The translations under genes were made by a program, and so were the position numbers. A stretch of 42,727 nucleotides of DNA from an uncultured Sphingobacteriales bacterium (lineage in GTDB: Bacteria > Bacteroidota > Bacteroidia > Chitinophagales > Chitinophagaceae), in the NCBI GenBank assembly GCA_937888785.1, contig CALASI010000172.1, positions 1 through 42,727 of the forward strand, given 5' to 3'. The notes beneath the pieces are model-generated. The model was not told the origin of the DNA. It worked only from the letters and a program-made list of their open reading frames with translations, and searched no databases. Of the stretch, positions 10,624 through 19,758 are shown piece after piece; within the stretch, counting starts at the first letter, position 1, and every line of letters begins with the position of its first letter.

Positions 10624-11079
10624 TTAAACCCCGAATTGCGTAAGATGATGATCGAGGTGCTTGGCAAACATGTTGTTCCATTCTGTTTTATTAAGCACCC
10701 CAAAAGAATGAGATTCTTTTCCATCAAAATGCTCGGCGCCGAGTTCCTGCGTTTGTTTGATATGGTTAATGAGCCTTTCTTTTTCCAGTTCAAAATCTTT
10801 TTCAGCCGTCACTAAGAAATGAGGCGCTGTGCGCATATTTTTTTTGTAAGGCTCTTCATTTACAACGGTCTTTTTTACGAAAGATTTTAACACCCATTTC
10901 ATAAAAGGGCTTTTAGGTTTAGGATGCTTGTCAGTATATACCAGCTCATAAGTAACATTACAGTGCGCCAGCATTTGCGCTACGTTCATCTGGCCCCACT
11001 GTGGCTGCGAAACTGTTGTGAGTTTGTTGATTCTGTCTATAACCTGCTGTGCGCCTTCAGGCGTGAAAACTTGTGTCAT
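10624..11079 (-). CDS. DUF1569 / DinB-like protein
   Basis: PQWGQMNVAQMLAHC, HSFG, KHLDHHLTQFGV. Confidence 0.85.
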   Translation of the reverse strand: MTQVFTPEGAQQVIDRINKLTTVSQPQWGQMNVAQMLAHCNVTYELVYTDKHPKPKSPFMKWVLKSFVKKTVVNEEPYKKNMRTAPHFLVTAEKDFELEKERLINHIKQTQELGAEHFDGKESHSFGVLNKTEWNNMFAKHLDHHLTQFGV

Positions 11080-11171
11080 GTAGCGTTGTTTTGTTTAAGG
11101 CAGTAAAAATAAGGATAGATATCTAAATCATTGACGAACGTTGCGGTTCCAAATAATTCTTATAGTAATTA

Positions 11172-11375
11172 TCACTTGTACGCCAGTACCGTATTTCTTT
11201 TCAGAAGTACGGCTTTCAATTTGCTATAACTTACATCCTGCACCGAAACCTTATCATCAATGGCGATATTGGCAGCGGCTGTGGCAGACTGGCCCGATAC
11301 CATAAAAACCGGTTCCATTCTGATGGAACCAAATGCCATATGGGTGGAAGAAAAGCAAACGGGCACCAACAGGTT
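11172..11375 (-). pseudogene. Orphan C-terminal fragment of an FAD-dependent oxidoreductase
   Basis: [31 protein letters not shown]...VQDVSY is the conserved C-terminus of this Bacteroidetes FAD-oxidoreductase family. It is fused in frame to the IS1595 remnant. Confidence 0.8.
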
Positions 11376-12271
11376 GTGGAAACAGGTTTTGCCAAAGGCT
11401 CTTCTATTAAATCGGTAGAAAAATTCATTCAGATATGCCTGCATATGTTTTTCACTACACTTGTGATATATTCCCCTTAACCATGATTTCAAATTCTTTA
11501 TCAGGGTATGCATTTCAGAGAAGTTTTTTCCTTTATCTGATTTTATTCTTTGTAGTGTATACTCAGACCCCAAAGGCGTATATCCTGCCCATTCATCTGT
11601 TCGCACCAGTGCCTTCTACTTAGATATATGCGTATCAAAAACCCTTCGTAATTCAGCGCTACTACAATCCTCCATATCTGTACCATAGGCTCTTCCTGTC
11701 TTTTCATCTTCTCTTATTTCTACCGCCAGGCAAACCAGCTTTTTATCGCCTTTGCTCATCCTGCCCGCCTGTGACGATTTCATCAATACCTATACAATCC
11801 GTTAGCTGATGGCTGCTACCGGATTTCATCGCCTCCTGTATCTTTCTTTTAAATGACCAACAGGTTTTCTGACGCAACAACAACTCACCGGACAACCACA
11901 ACTTGCATCCCTTTTTGCTTACGCAAACACGATAGCAAATATGAAATGCCTTCAACAATGGAAATTTAATTTTGTGAAACAGTGTTCCCGCTGTGGCTGA
12001 TTCTTCATAGCCACAATTCTGGCAATGTAAATTGATCCATCGCTTGTTTTCCTAATATCTTGAAGAACCAAACTCGCAGCATTTAAATCCGTCATGCATT
12101 TAACATCCATCAGATATTGCAAACAAGCGGCATTGGCCTGAAACCTTTTGCCAAACTCTATGATGTTCACCCCCTGAAACACAACAAATAGTTTTATCCA
12201 TAAGGATACTAATAAAATTAGTTAGCAACTAACCCCGTTTTGACCTCCGACTTATTCGACTAATCTATCAC
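11370..12271 (-). mobile_element. Degenerate IS1595-family element (transposase pseudogene)
   Basis: Fragments in several frames: FQGVNIIEFGKRFQANAACLQYL, QKTCWSFKRKIQEAM...[11 protein letters not shown]...[37 protein letters not shown]. Probable left end GTGATAGATTAGTCGAATAAGTCG (minus, 12271-12248). Confidence 0.82.
12209..12221. promoter_or_regulatory. Candidate SOS box CTAA-TAAAA-TTAG upstream of the IS1595 transposase
   Basis: Perfect CTAA-N5-TTAG with the same TA 5' flank as the imuA and recA boxes. The context is AT-rich, so it could be chance. Confidence 0.4.
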
Positions 12272-12275
12272 TATT

Positions 12276-12314
12276 AAAATAAGCGGCCTCAAATTGAGGC
12301 CGCTTATTTTTTTT
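12276..12314. terminator. Intrinsic terminator, probably bidirectional
   Basis: AAAATAAGCGGCCTCA-AAT-TGAGGCCGCTTATTTT hairpin with A and T tails, just after the stop of 12331-13002. Confidence 0.85.
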
Positions 12315-12330
12315 AACAATTTAATGATTT

Positions 12331-13002
12331 TTATTTCCCCGCTACAAGTTCATCCTGTAGTTTCTTTAAATCATCCCAGCTGCCCGCTGCAGCTAATTTT
12401 GCCTGCTTAGGCCAGCTTGCCGGATTGTGCATTTGAAATTTAGAGCCCGCAGCTTCTAAAATTCCTTTTAATTTTTTACCCGTTGCTTTTGAAAGGTCCT
12501 GAAAACTAACAATACTTTCGGCTTCTAACAATTTTGCAATTTTAGGCCCGATACCTTCAATTTTAGTAAGGTCATCTTTAACAGGGGCTTCTTTTTTCAC
12601 AGCTTTTTTCGCGGGAGTTTTTGTAGCTACAACTTTTGGCTTTGAAGTTTTTGCAGGCGTTTTCTTTGCCGCTTTTTTAACATCTGCCACTAATACCTGA
12701 GTTTCTGCAATTACCAAAACTTCTTCTTCAACAGTAATGACTGAATTTTCCACGTTCAACTCAGAACGATATACGTAAGACTGAGCGGCAAAGTCGTTCA
12801 CCCATCTTCCGTCATTTAATAAAAATCTGTATTCATAGGTCTTTCCGGGTTCCAATAAAATCTCAGCTTTCAAAGTACCGTCGGGCTGAACGGATAAAAT
12901 CGGGGCATTTTCGGGGTTCCAGTTGTTAAAGTCGCCTAATAAAAGAGCTTCGGTGGCATCGCCCAGGGCTTCCAGAGGTAAGGAAAACGTAACTTGTTTC
13001 AT
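12331..13002 (-). CDS. CBM48/isoamylase early-set domain, Lys/Ala-rich linker and helix-hairpin-helix domain
   Basis: LLGDFNNWNP...GKTYEYRFL...WVND at the N-terminus; DDLTKIEGIGPKIAKLL...SWPKQAKLAAAGSWDDL at the C-terminus. Confidence 0.8.
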   Translation of the reverse strand: MKQVTFSLPLEALGDATEALLLGDFNNWNPENAPILSVQPDGTLKAEILLEPGKTYEYRFLLNDGRWVNDFAAQSYVYRSELNVENSVITVEEEVLVIAETQVLVADVKKAAKKTPAKTSKPKVVATKTPAKKAVKKEAPVKDDLTKIEGIGPKIAKLLEAESIVSFQDLSKATGKKLKGILEAAGSKFQMHNPASWPKQAKLAAAGSWDDLKKLQDELVAGK

Positions 13003-13268
13003 TTGTAGTTTTTTTGTTTTTAATTTCTAAAATATTCTGCAAGAATAAAAATTGCTGCAGACGGACTAAGTGGTTAGTAGCGGCTTAATATCAATTGATT
13101 TATGTTGCAAAATTAGCCATTTTTTGTATATGATTGAGCCAGAAAGGGCTGTAAGTTGAAAAACTGTGTACAAAATGGCTATTATTTACGCAAATGTTTG
13201 CGGAAAATTAGAGCCGTAAAGCCATCGACTAAATCGGTAACTTGTGGCGAAATCTCAACCTCAAAAAT

Positions 13269-13997
13269 ATGAACACTAAGCTTACGATTTTAAGTGTACT
13301 CTTTCTTGCCTTTTCTATTTCAGTTTTTGCGGCAAAAAAGCCGAAAGTTTTGGTATTTATAAAAACGGCGGGGTTCTATCATAAATCAATTCCCGCAGGC
13401 GCCGCTGCTATTCAACAATTAGGATTACAAAACGGTTTTGGTGTTGATACTACCAGAGATTCCGCTGCCCTCACGCCGTCCAACCTGAAAAAATACGCAG
13501 CAGTTATTTTCTTAAATACTACCGGCACTGTTTTAAATGATTCGCAAAAAACTGCTTTTAAGCAGTATATTCAAAAAGGTGGCGGCTTTGTGAGTGTTCA
13601 CGCCGCAACGGATACCGAGTACGGCTGGCCCTGGTACAACGGGCTGGTGGGCGCTTATTTTTTAAGCCATCCCAAACAACAAAAAGCAACAATAATTGTA
13701 AAAGACAATTCACATATTTCAACCAAACACTTACCGGCAAAATGGGAGCGGTTTGATGAATGGTATAATTTTAAAAACATCAGCGATAACATAAAAGTAC
13801 TATTACTGCTTGACGAAAAAAGTTACGAAGGCGGCAAAAACGGCAATTATCACCCCATTGCATGGTATCAAAATTATGATGGCGGCAGGGCTTTTTACAC
13901 CGGCCTGGGGCATACTGATGAAAGCTATGAAGAGCCTTTGTTTTTACAGCATTTGCTTGGCGGAATTGAATACGCTATGAACGGGAGGAATAAATAA
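13269..13997 (+). CDS. Secreted ThuA-like (class I GATase fold) protein
   Basis: Signal peptide; KVLVFIKTAGFYHKSIPAG, GGGFVSVHAATDTEY, DEWYNF, GRAFYTGLGH. Confidence 0.88.
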   Translation: MNTKLTILSVLFLAFSISVFAAKKPKVLVFIKTAGFYHKSIPAGAAAIQQLGLQNGFGVDTTRDSAALTPSNLKKYAAVIFLNTTGTVLNDSQKTAFKQYIQKGGGFVSVHAATDTEYGWPWYNGLVGAYFLSHPKQQKATIIVKDNSHISTKHLPAKWERFDEWYNFKNISDNIKVLLLLDEKSYEGGKNGNYHPIAWYQNYDGGRAFYTGLGHTDESYEEPLFLQHLLGGIEYAMNGRNK

Positions 13998-14043
13998 AGC
14001 CCCTACCTCGGCTCTCTGTAGGGATTGCGAAGTTTACGAAGTA

Positions 14044-14079
14044 CTAATTTTTTTACTATTAAATTACTAAATTTATTAG
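14044..14079. promoter_or_regulatory. Tandem SOS boxes before imuA
   Basis: CTAA-TTTTT-TTAC at 14044-14056 and perfect CTAA-ATTTA-TTAG at 14067-14079. Promoter-like TACCTTAG at 14091-14098. Confidence 0.8.
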
Positions 14080-14115
14080 CTTTTTTTTATTACCTTAGCA
14101 TCAGAAATAATTTAT

Positions 14116-14862
14116 ATGCCTGTTGAGGTTGTATATAAAACTGATGTTCTTCGTTCGTTAAGAAAAGAGCTGCTGGTATTACAGGGCTTTAAAAAACCTG
14201 TATGCGAAAGACATATTTCAGTGGGGCTGGGATTTATGGAAAAGTCGTTTCCGCATGATGTTTTTCCAACGGGGGCCGTTCATGATTTTGTCAGCGATAA
14301 TTTTTCAAACGCCGCTGCAACCAACGGTTTTATTTCGGGCGTGATGGGTAATCTTTTTAAGAATGCCCAAAAAATAAATGCTGTGTGGGTGAATGCTTCC
14401 AACAAAATTTTTCCAACAGCTTTAAAACTTTTTGGGATTGATCCCCACCATATCATTTTCGTTAATGCACGCAACCCCAAAGATGTGTTGTGGGTAATTG
14501 AAGAAGCATTAAAATGTTCCTGTCTCACGGCAATAGTTGGGGAGTTGCAGGACATTGATTTTACAGCCTCCCGCAGGTTACAACTGGCTGTGGAAAAAAG
14601 CGGGGTTACAGCCTTCATTCACCGGCAAAACCCTAAAAGCAAAAACCCCGTGGCTTGTGTGGCGTCCTGGAAAATAAATTCTGTAAAATCAATTCCGCAG
14701 AATATGCCGGGCTTAGGTTTTGCCCGCTGGAATGTGGAATTAACAAAAGTTCGCAACGGCACTCCCGGCAATTGGTTGGTGGAATGGCAGGCGGGTCATT
14801 TTAAAGAAATCAAAAACCAATTGAAAGCTATTTCTTCACATCGTGAATTAAAAGTAAGCTGA
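14116..14862 (+). CDS. imuA: ImuA, RecA-like mutasome accessory protein
   Basis: FPTGAVHDF, LWVIEEALKC, TASRRLQLAVEKSG, WNVELTKVRNG; first gene of the imuAB-dnaE2 cassette. Confidence 0.9.
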   Translation: MPVEVVYKTDVLRSLRKELLVLQGFKKPVCERHISVGLGFMEKSFPHDVFPTGAVHDFVSDNFSNAAATNGFISGVMGNLFKNAQKINAVWVNASNKIFPTALKLFGIDPHHIIFVNARNPKDVLWVIEEALKCSCLTAIVGELQDIDFTASRRLQLAVEKSGVTAFIHRQNPKSKNPVACVASWKINSVKSIPQNMPGLGFARWNVELTKVRNGTPGNWLVEWQAGHFKEIKNQLKAISSHRELKVS

Positions 14863-16358
14863 TGGAACAACGTTTTGCCTCTATATTTTTTCCTTTTCTG
14901 TTGGCGGATTACACGGTGAGGCAGTATGCGCATTTAAAAAATAAAGCGTTTGTTTTAGCTGAGCCCGAACGTGGCCGCAGCGTGGTAAAAGCGGTCAATT
15001 CAGGTGCTGCTGCACAAGGTATTAGCGCCGGTATGGTGGTGGCAGATTGTAAAGCGATTCTTCCTGATTTACAGGTGTTGCATTACAAAAAAGGGCTTGC
15101 TGAAAAACTATTACACAACCTCGGTATGTGGTGCATCAGGTTTTCACCGGTGGTTGCTGTTGATTTGCCGGACGGTTTGATTATTGAAACCACGGGCTGC
15201 TCACATTTGTGGGGCGGCGAAGAAAATTATCTTAAAACTATTATTCAGCGGTTGAAAGATTTTGGGTACGAGGTAAAAGGTGCCATTGCCCCTTCAATCG
15301 GCGGCGCCTTTGCGGTTGCACGTTTTGGAGAACCCTCCATCATCAAAAAAGAAAATATTGTAGCGGCACTTTCCGATCTTCCACCGGCTGCTTTAAGATT
15401 ACAGCCTGAGGAATTGGAACGACTGGATCAATTAGGCATTCATCATATACAGTCACTGTTAAAGATTCCGCGCAGCGCATTACAACGGCGCTTTGGCGCA
15501 ACTTTACTAAAAAGAACAGACCAGGCCCTGGGCAACGAAACTGAATTTATCAACCCCTTGATCCCTCCGGAACCTTATACAGCAAGGCTTCCGGCGTTGG
15601 AACCCATCTGCACCGCAGCAGGAATTGAGATTGCTTTACAAGAATTGTTGAAACAACTTTGCAACAGGCTTCAGAAAGAAGGGCTTGGCTTACGGCGATG
15701 CAGGTTCATCACGTACAGGATAGACGCCCGAGAGCAACAACTCATGATCGGAACCACGCAGGCATCCTGCAATCAAAAACATCTTTTTAAATTATTCGAA
15801 GAAAAAATCTCCACGCTGGAGCCCGGCCTGGGCATTGAGCTTTTTGTGTTGGAAGCACCGGAAGTTGAAAAAACATCCACAATTCAGGAAACTTTGTGGA
15901 ACCATGGCGAGAATAAAACCAACACCGAAATAGCAGAGTTGGTTGACCGCATCGCCGGGCGCGTGAGCATTCAAAACATTCATCGCTTTTTACCGGCAGA
16001 ACATTACTGGCCGGAATTTTCTTTCGTTGATACATCGGATTTAAAACAAAAGCCGCAAACTGAGTGGCGCACAAATTTTCCAAGGCCGTTGCACCTGTTA
16101 CCTAAGCCTGAATTGATTCAGGTTACAGCACCCGTTCCTGATTATCCACCCATGCTCTTTCGCTACAAAAGCAGGCTACACAAAATTATAAATGCGGAAG
16201 GCCCTGAGCGAATTGAGCAGGAATGGTGGCTGCAACAGGGCTTGTACCGCGATTATTATTGCGTGGAAGATGAAGAAGGAAAACGCTTTTGGTTGTTCCG
16301 ATCGGGGGATTATGGAGATAAGAAAACACAGTGGTTCGTTCACGGCTTTTTTGCCTAA
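14862..16358 (+). CDS. imuB: ImuB, inactive Y-family polymerase
   Basis: FSPVVAVDLPDGL, LPPAALRL, GPERIEQEWW, RDYYCVEDEEGKRFWLFR, WFVHGFFA. Its ATG overlaps the imuA stop. Confidence 0.92.
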   Translation: MEQRFASIFFPFLLADYTVRQYAHLKNKAFVLAEPERGRSVVKAVNSGAAAQGISAGMVVADCKAILPDLQVLHYKKGLAEKLLHNLGMWCIRFSPVVAVDLPDGLIIETTGCSHLWGGEENYLKTIIQRLKDFGYEVKGAIAPSIGGAFAVARFGEPSIIKKENIVAALSDLPPAALRLQPEELERLDQLGIHHIQSLLKIPRSALQRRFGATLLKRTDQALGNETEFINPLIPPEPYTARLPALEPICTAAGIEIALQELLKQLCNRLQKEGLGLRRCRFITYRIDAREQQLMIGTTQASCNQKHLFKLFEEKISTLEPGLGIELFVLEAPEVEKTSTIQETLWNHGENKTNTEIAELVDRIAGRVSIQNIHRFLPAEHYWPEFSFVDTSDLKQKPQTEWRTNFPRPLHLLPKPELIQVTAPVPDYPPMLFRYKSRLHKIINAEGPERIEQEWWLQQGLYRDYYCVEDEEGKRFWLFRSGDYGDKKTQWFVHGFFA

Positions 16359-16446
16359 CCTCACACAAATCAGTTAGCAATTTTGAGTGATATAAAATTT
16401 TTAAAGTTCTTGGGGGTGGCACCTGCTTTCTGATAAACGCTTCCTT

Positions 16447-19400
16447 ATGAAATACACAGAACTACAAGTAACATCTAATTTTAGTTTTCTCCGCGGTGCT
16501 TCCCATCCCGAAGAGCTGGTGGAGCAGGCTGTACAATTTGGATATGATACGATTGCTATTACTGACCACAATACATTCGCAGGTATTGTGCGCGCGCATG
16601 TTGAAGCAAAAAAAGCCGGTATTCGATTGATTGTTGGTTGTTGCTTAAATTTACTGGATGGCCCGTCGTTGCTCGCTTTTCCAAAAAACAAAAATGGTTA
16701 TTCCCGGCTTACAGCCCTCCTTTCCGAAGGCAACCTTCGCGCAGAAAAAGGTGATTGCCATTTGTACAAAACTGATGTTTTTACCAGGGCGGGAGATATA
16801 ATATTTATTGTTGTGCCGCCTGCCGAATTAGATTGCCATTTCAAATTTGATGAAACATTTATCACATCTGTAAAAAAATACAAAGAAAAAATCGGTAACG
16901 ATCTTTACCTCGCTGCAAGCCGCTCCTATCAGGCTAATGATGCAAAGCGCCTACACAGGCTGATTGAAATTTCCGAACAATTCGGCATTCCTCTCGTTGC
17001 TACAAACAACGTGTACTATCACAACCGCGAACGGCGTGAGCTGCAGGATGTGCTGACCTGTGTTCGTGAAAAATGTACAATTTATAATGCAGGTTTTCAC
17101 CTATATCAAAATGCAGAACGCCATTTGAAAACCGAAAAGGAAATGGTACGCCTGTTCCGTCAACACCCTGAAATGATTGAACGCACACAGGAAATCGTTT
17201 CTGCCTGCAGTTTTTCACTGGATGAATTAAAATACGTTTATCCGAAAGAAATTACTTCAGGTGGGCGTACGCCGCAGGAAGAACTTGAGAGGCTTACCTG
17301 GGAAGGCGCTATTGAAAAATTTGGCGAAGACGTTTCTGAAAAACTGATGAACGATATTAAACATGAACTTGACTTTATCGAAAGAAAAAATTACGCCTCT
17401 TATTTTCTTACGGTTTATGATTATGTAAAATTTGCAAGAGATCAAAATATTCTTTGCCAGGGGCGCGGTTCTGCGGCTAACTCGATCGTTTGTTATTGCC
17501 TCGGCATCACATCAGTAAATCCTTCAAAATTCAAATTGTTGTTTGCAAGATTTATGTCTGATGCACGCGATGAACCGCCTGATATTGATGTGGATTTTGA
17601 ACACGAGCGCCGCGAAGAAGTCATTCAATACATTTACAAGAAATATGGGAGAAACCGCGCTGCAATTGTGGCAACCGTTACACAATTACATGAAAAGGGC
17701 GCCGTGCGCGATGTTGGTAAAGCAATGGGGCTTTCAGTTGATGCTGTTGACAAGCTGTCAAAATCTTTGTGGGAATTTACTGAAGAGTGGTACGATGGGA
17801 AAAAAAATTCATCTGAAGGGTTCAATCCTAATGACAAACATTTGCAAAAAGTATTACATCTCACACGGCAATTCATGGGCTTTCCAAGGCAATTGGGTCA
17901 ACACACGGGCGGCTTTGTGATCACGGAGAAAAACGTTACCGAACTTTGCCCCATCATCAATGCAAGAATGGAAGGCCGCACCAATATTGAGTGGAATAAA
18001 GATGATATTGAAGCGCTGGGGTTTTTAAAAGTTGATGTGCTCGCGCTGGGCATGCTTACCTGTATTCGCAAGGCTTTTGATCTTTTAAAGCAGCATCATA
18101 AAAAAGAATATGAACTGCACACGATTCCCGAAGACGATAAAAATGTGTATGACATGATTTGCCGGGCAGATACGATCGGCGTATTTCAGATTGAAAGCCG
18201 TGCTCAAATGACAATGTTGCCAAGGTTAAAACCAAGGGAGTTTTACGATCTCGTGATCGAGGTGGCAATTGTTCGCCCCGGCCCAATACAGGGCGACATG
18301 GTACACCCTTATTTACGCAGGCGAAATAAAGAAGAACCCGTTGAATACCCATCAGAAGAAATAAAACATATTTTAAAAAGGACATTAGGCGTTCCTTTAT
18401 TTCAGGAGCAGGCAATGGAAATTGCAATGGTTGCGGCAAGGTTCAGCGCTGCGGACGCTGATGGCTTACGGCGCAGCATGGCTACTTTTAAAGCAAAAGG
18501 AAAAGTGAGTGAGTTTGAACAAAAGCTTATTACCGGCATGATGAATAATGGGTATACAGAAGCATTTGCCCGTCGCGTATTTCGTCAGTTGGAAGGCTTT
18601 GGCAGTTATGGTTTTCCTGAAAGCCACGCTGCCAGTTTTGCATTGCTGGTGTATGTTTCGGCATGGATCAAATATCATTATCCTGATGTGTTTTGTACAG
18701 CATTGCTGAACAGTTTGCCTATGGGATTTTATCAGCCGGCACAAATTGTAATTGATGCGCGCAAACATGGTGTGGATGTAAAACCTGTTGATATAAACTA
18801 TTCCCGCTGGGACAACACACTCGAAACATTTGACGGCAAATATTTTACAGTACGGCTGGGCTTCAGGCAGGTAAAGGGTTTGAAGGAAGAAGAAATGAAA
18901 CTATTGATTCAGCAAAGACAATCACCATATTCCCACATTCATCAACTAAGAGATGCAGGCATTTCCGAAACGGCTATTTTAAAACTGACTAAAGCTGATG
19001 CGTTTCGATCAATAAATATGGACAGACGGCAGGCGCTCTGGCAGGCATCTGCCTTAAATGACAGGCTGGAAGGCCTGTTCAAAGGCTGGGTTGATAAAAA
19101 ACATATTGCGGAAGATGCCAACACTGCATTACCTCAAATGAACCTTCCGGAGCATGTGGTGCATGATTATGCTTCCGTATCATTATCGTTAAAAGCACAT
19201 CCAGTAAGCTTTTTTAGAGAAAAATTAACTGAACAAAAAGTTATTGCCACAAGTGAGCTGGCACTAAAACCTGACGGGGCTTTTGTGCGCGTAGCAGGCC
19301 TGGTATTAATTCGCCAGCGGCCCGGCACCGCAAAAGGCATTTGCTTTGTAACAATCGAAGATGAAACCGGATGCGCCAATCTGGTTGTATTTCAAAATGT

Positions 19401-19686
19401 TTTTGACACGTATCGAAAGGAAGTGCTGCGTTCGCAATTGCTGATGGCCGAAGGCATTGTTCAGCGCGAAGGAGATGTGATACACGTAATAGCAGGCAAA
19501 TGTTACGATCTAAAAAATCTCATTAATAACCTTGCCACGTCATCAACGAAAAAAATTGACCTGTCAACAACTTCACCTGCTGATGAAAAGGATGGCAAAT
19601 TAATTCCGCGCGAATTAACAGGGAACAGTAAACACAAAAAAGTGGTTCAGGCAGAAATATTTCCGAAAAGCAGGGATTTTAAATAA
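16447..19686 (+). CDS. dnaE2: Error-prone DNA polymerase DnaE2 (ImuC)
   Basis: SNFSFLRGASHPEEL, QGRGSAANS, EPPDIDVDFEH, RQRPGTAKG and the C-terminal SRDF motif diagnostic of DnaE2. Confidence 0.96.
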   Translation: MKYTELQVTSNFSFLRGASHPEELVEQAVQFGYDTIAITDHNTFAGIVRAHVEAKKAGIRLIVGCCLNLLDGPSLLAFPKNKNGYSRLTALLSEGNLRAEKGDCHLYKTDVFTRAGDIIFIVVPPAELDCHFKFDETFITSVKKYKEKIGNDLYLAASRSYQANDAKRLHRLIEISEQFGIPLVATNNVYYHNRERRELQDVLTCVREKCTIYNAGFHLYQNAERHLKTEKEMVRLFRQHPEMIERTQEIVSACSFSLDELKYVYPKEITSGGRTPQEELERLTWEGAIEKFGEDVSEKLMNDIKHELDFIERKNYASYFLTVYDYVKFARDQNILCQGRGSAANSIVCYCLGITSVNPSKFKLLFARFMSDARDEPPDIDVDFEHERREEVIQYIYKKYGRNRAAIVATVTQLHEKGAVRDVGKAMGLSVDAVDKLSKSLWEFTEEWYDGKKNSSEGFNPNDKHLQKVLHLTRQFMGFPRQLGQHTGGFVITEKNVTELCPIINARMEGRTNIEWNKDDIEALGFLKVDVLALGMLTCIRKAFDLLKQHHKKEYELHTIPEDDKNVYDMICRADTIGVFQIESRAQMTMLPRLKPREFYDLVIEVAIVRPGPIQGDMVHPYLRRRNKEEPVEYPSEEIKHILKRTLGVPLFQEQAMEIAMVAARFSAADADGLRRSMATFKAKGKVSEFEQKLITGMMNNGYTEAFARRVFRQLEGFGSYGFPESHAASFALLVYVSAWIKYHYPDVFCTALLNSLPMGFYQPAQIVIDARKHGVDVKPVDINYSRWDNTLETFDGKYFTVRLGFRQVKGLKEEEMKLLIQQRQSPYSHIHQLRDAGISETAILKLTKADAFRSINMDRRQALWQASALNDRLEGLFKGWVDKKHIAEDANTALPQMNLPEHVVHDYASVSLSLKAHPVSFFREKLTEQKVIATSELALKPDGAFVRVAGLVLIRQRPGTAKGICFVTIEDETGCANLVVFQNVFDTYRKEVLRSQLLMAEGIVQREGDVIHVIAGKCYDLKNLINNLATSSTKKIDLSTTSPADEKDGKLIPRELTGNSKHKKVVQAEIFPKSRDFK

Positions 19687-19758
19687 TCTTCTCATCACAT
19701 ATTTTAGCGATGGGCCTGCGCATTTTAAATTGGTAGTTTAGCGGCTAAAATCAAAGCC

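Noticed and set aside
11172-11606. ORF as a functional novel fusion protein
   Set aside because: Both halves are fragments and the upstream transposase is frameshifted, so it is treated as a deletion scar.
13066-13077. CTAA-GTGG-TTAG as an SOS box
   Set aside because: The spacer is 4 nt, not 5, and the neighbours are not repair genes.
14116-19686. imuA-imuB-dnaE2 as the novel system
   Set aside because: This is a well-described mutagenesis cassette; only its operator geometry is noted.
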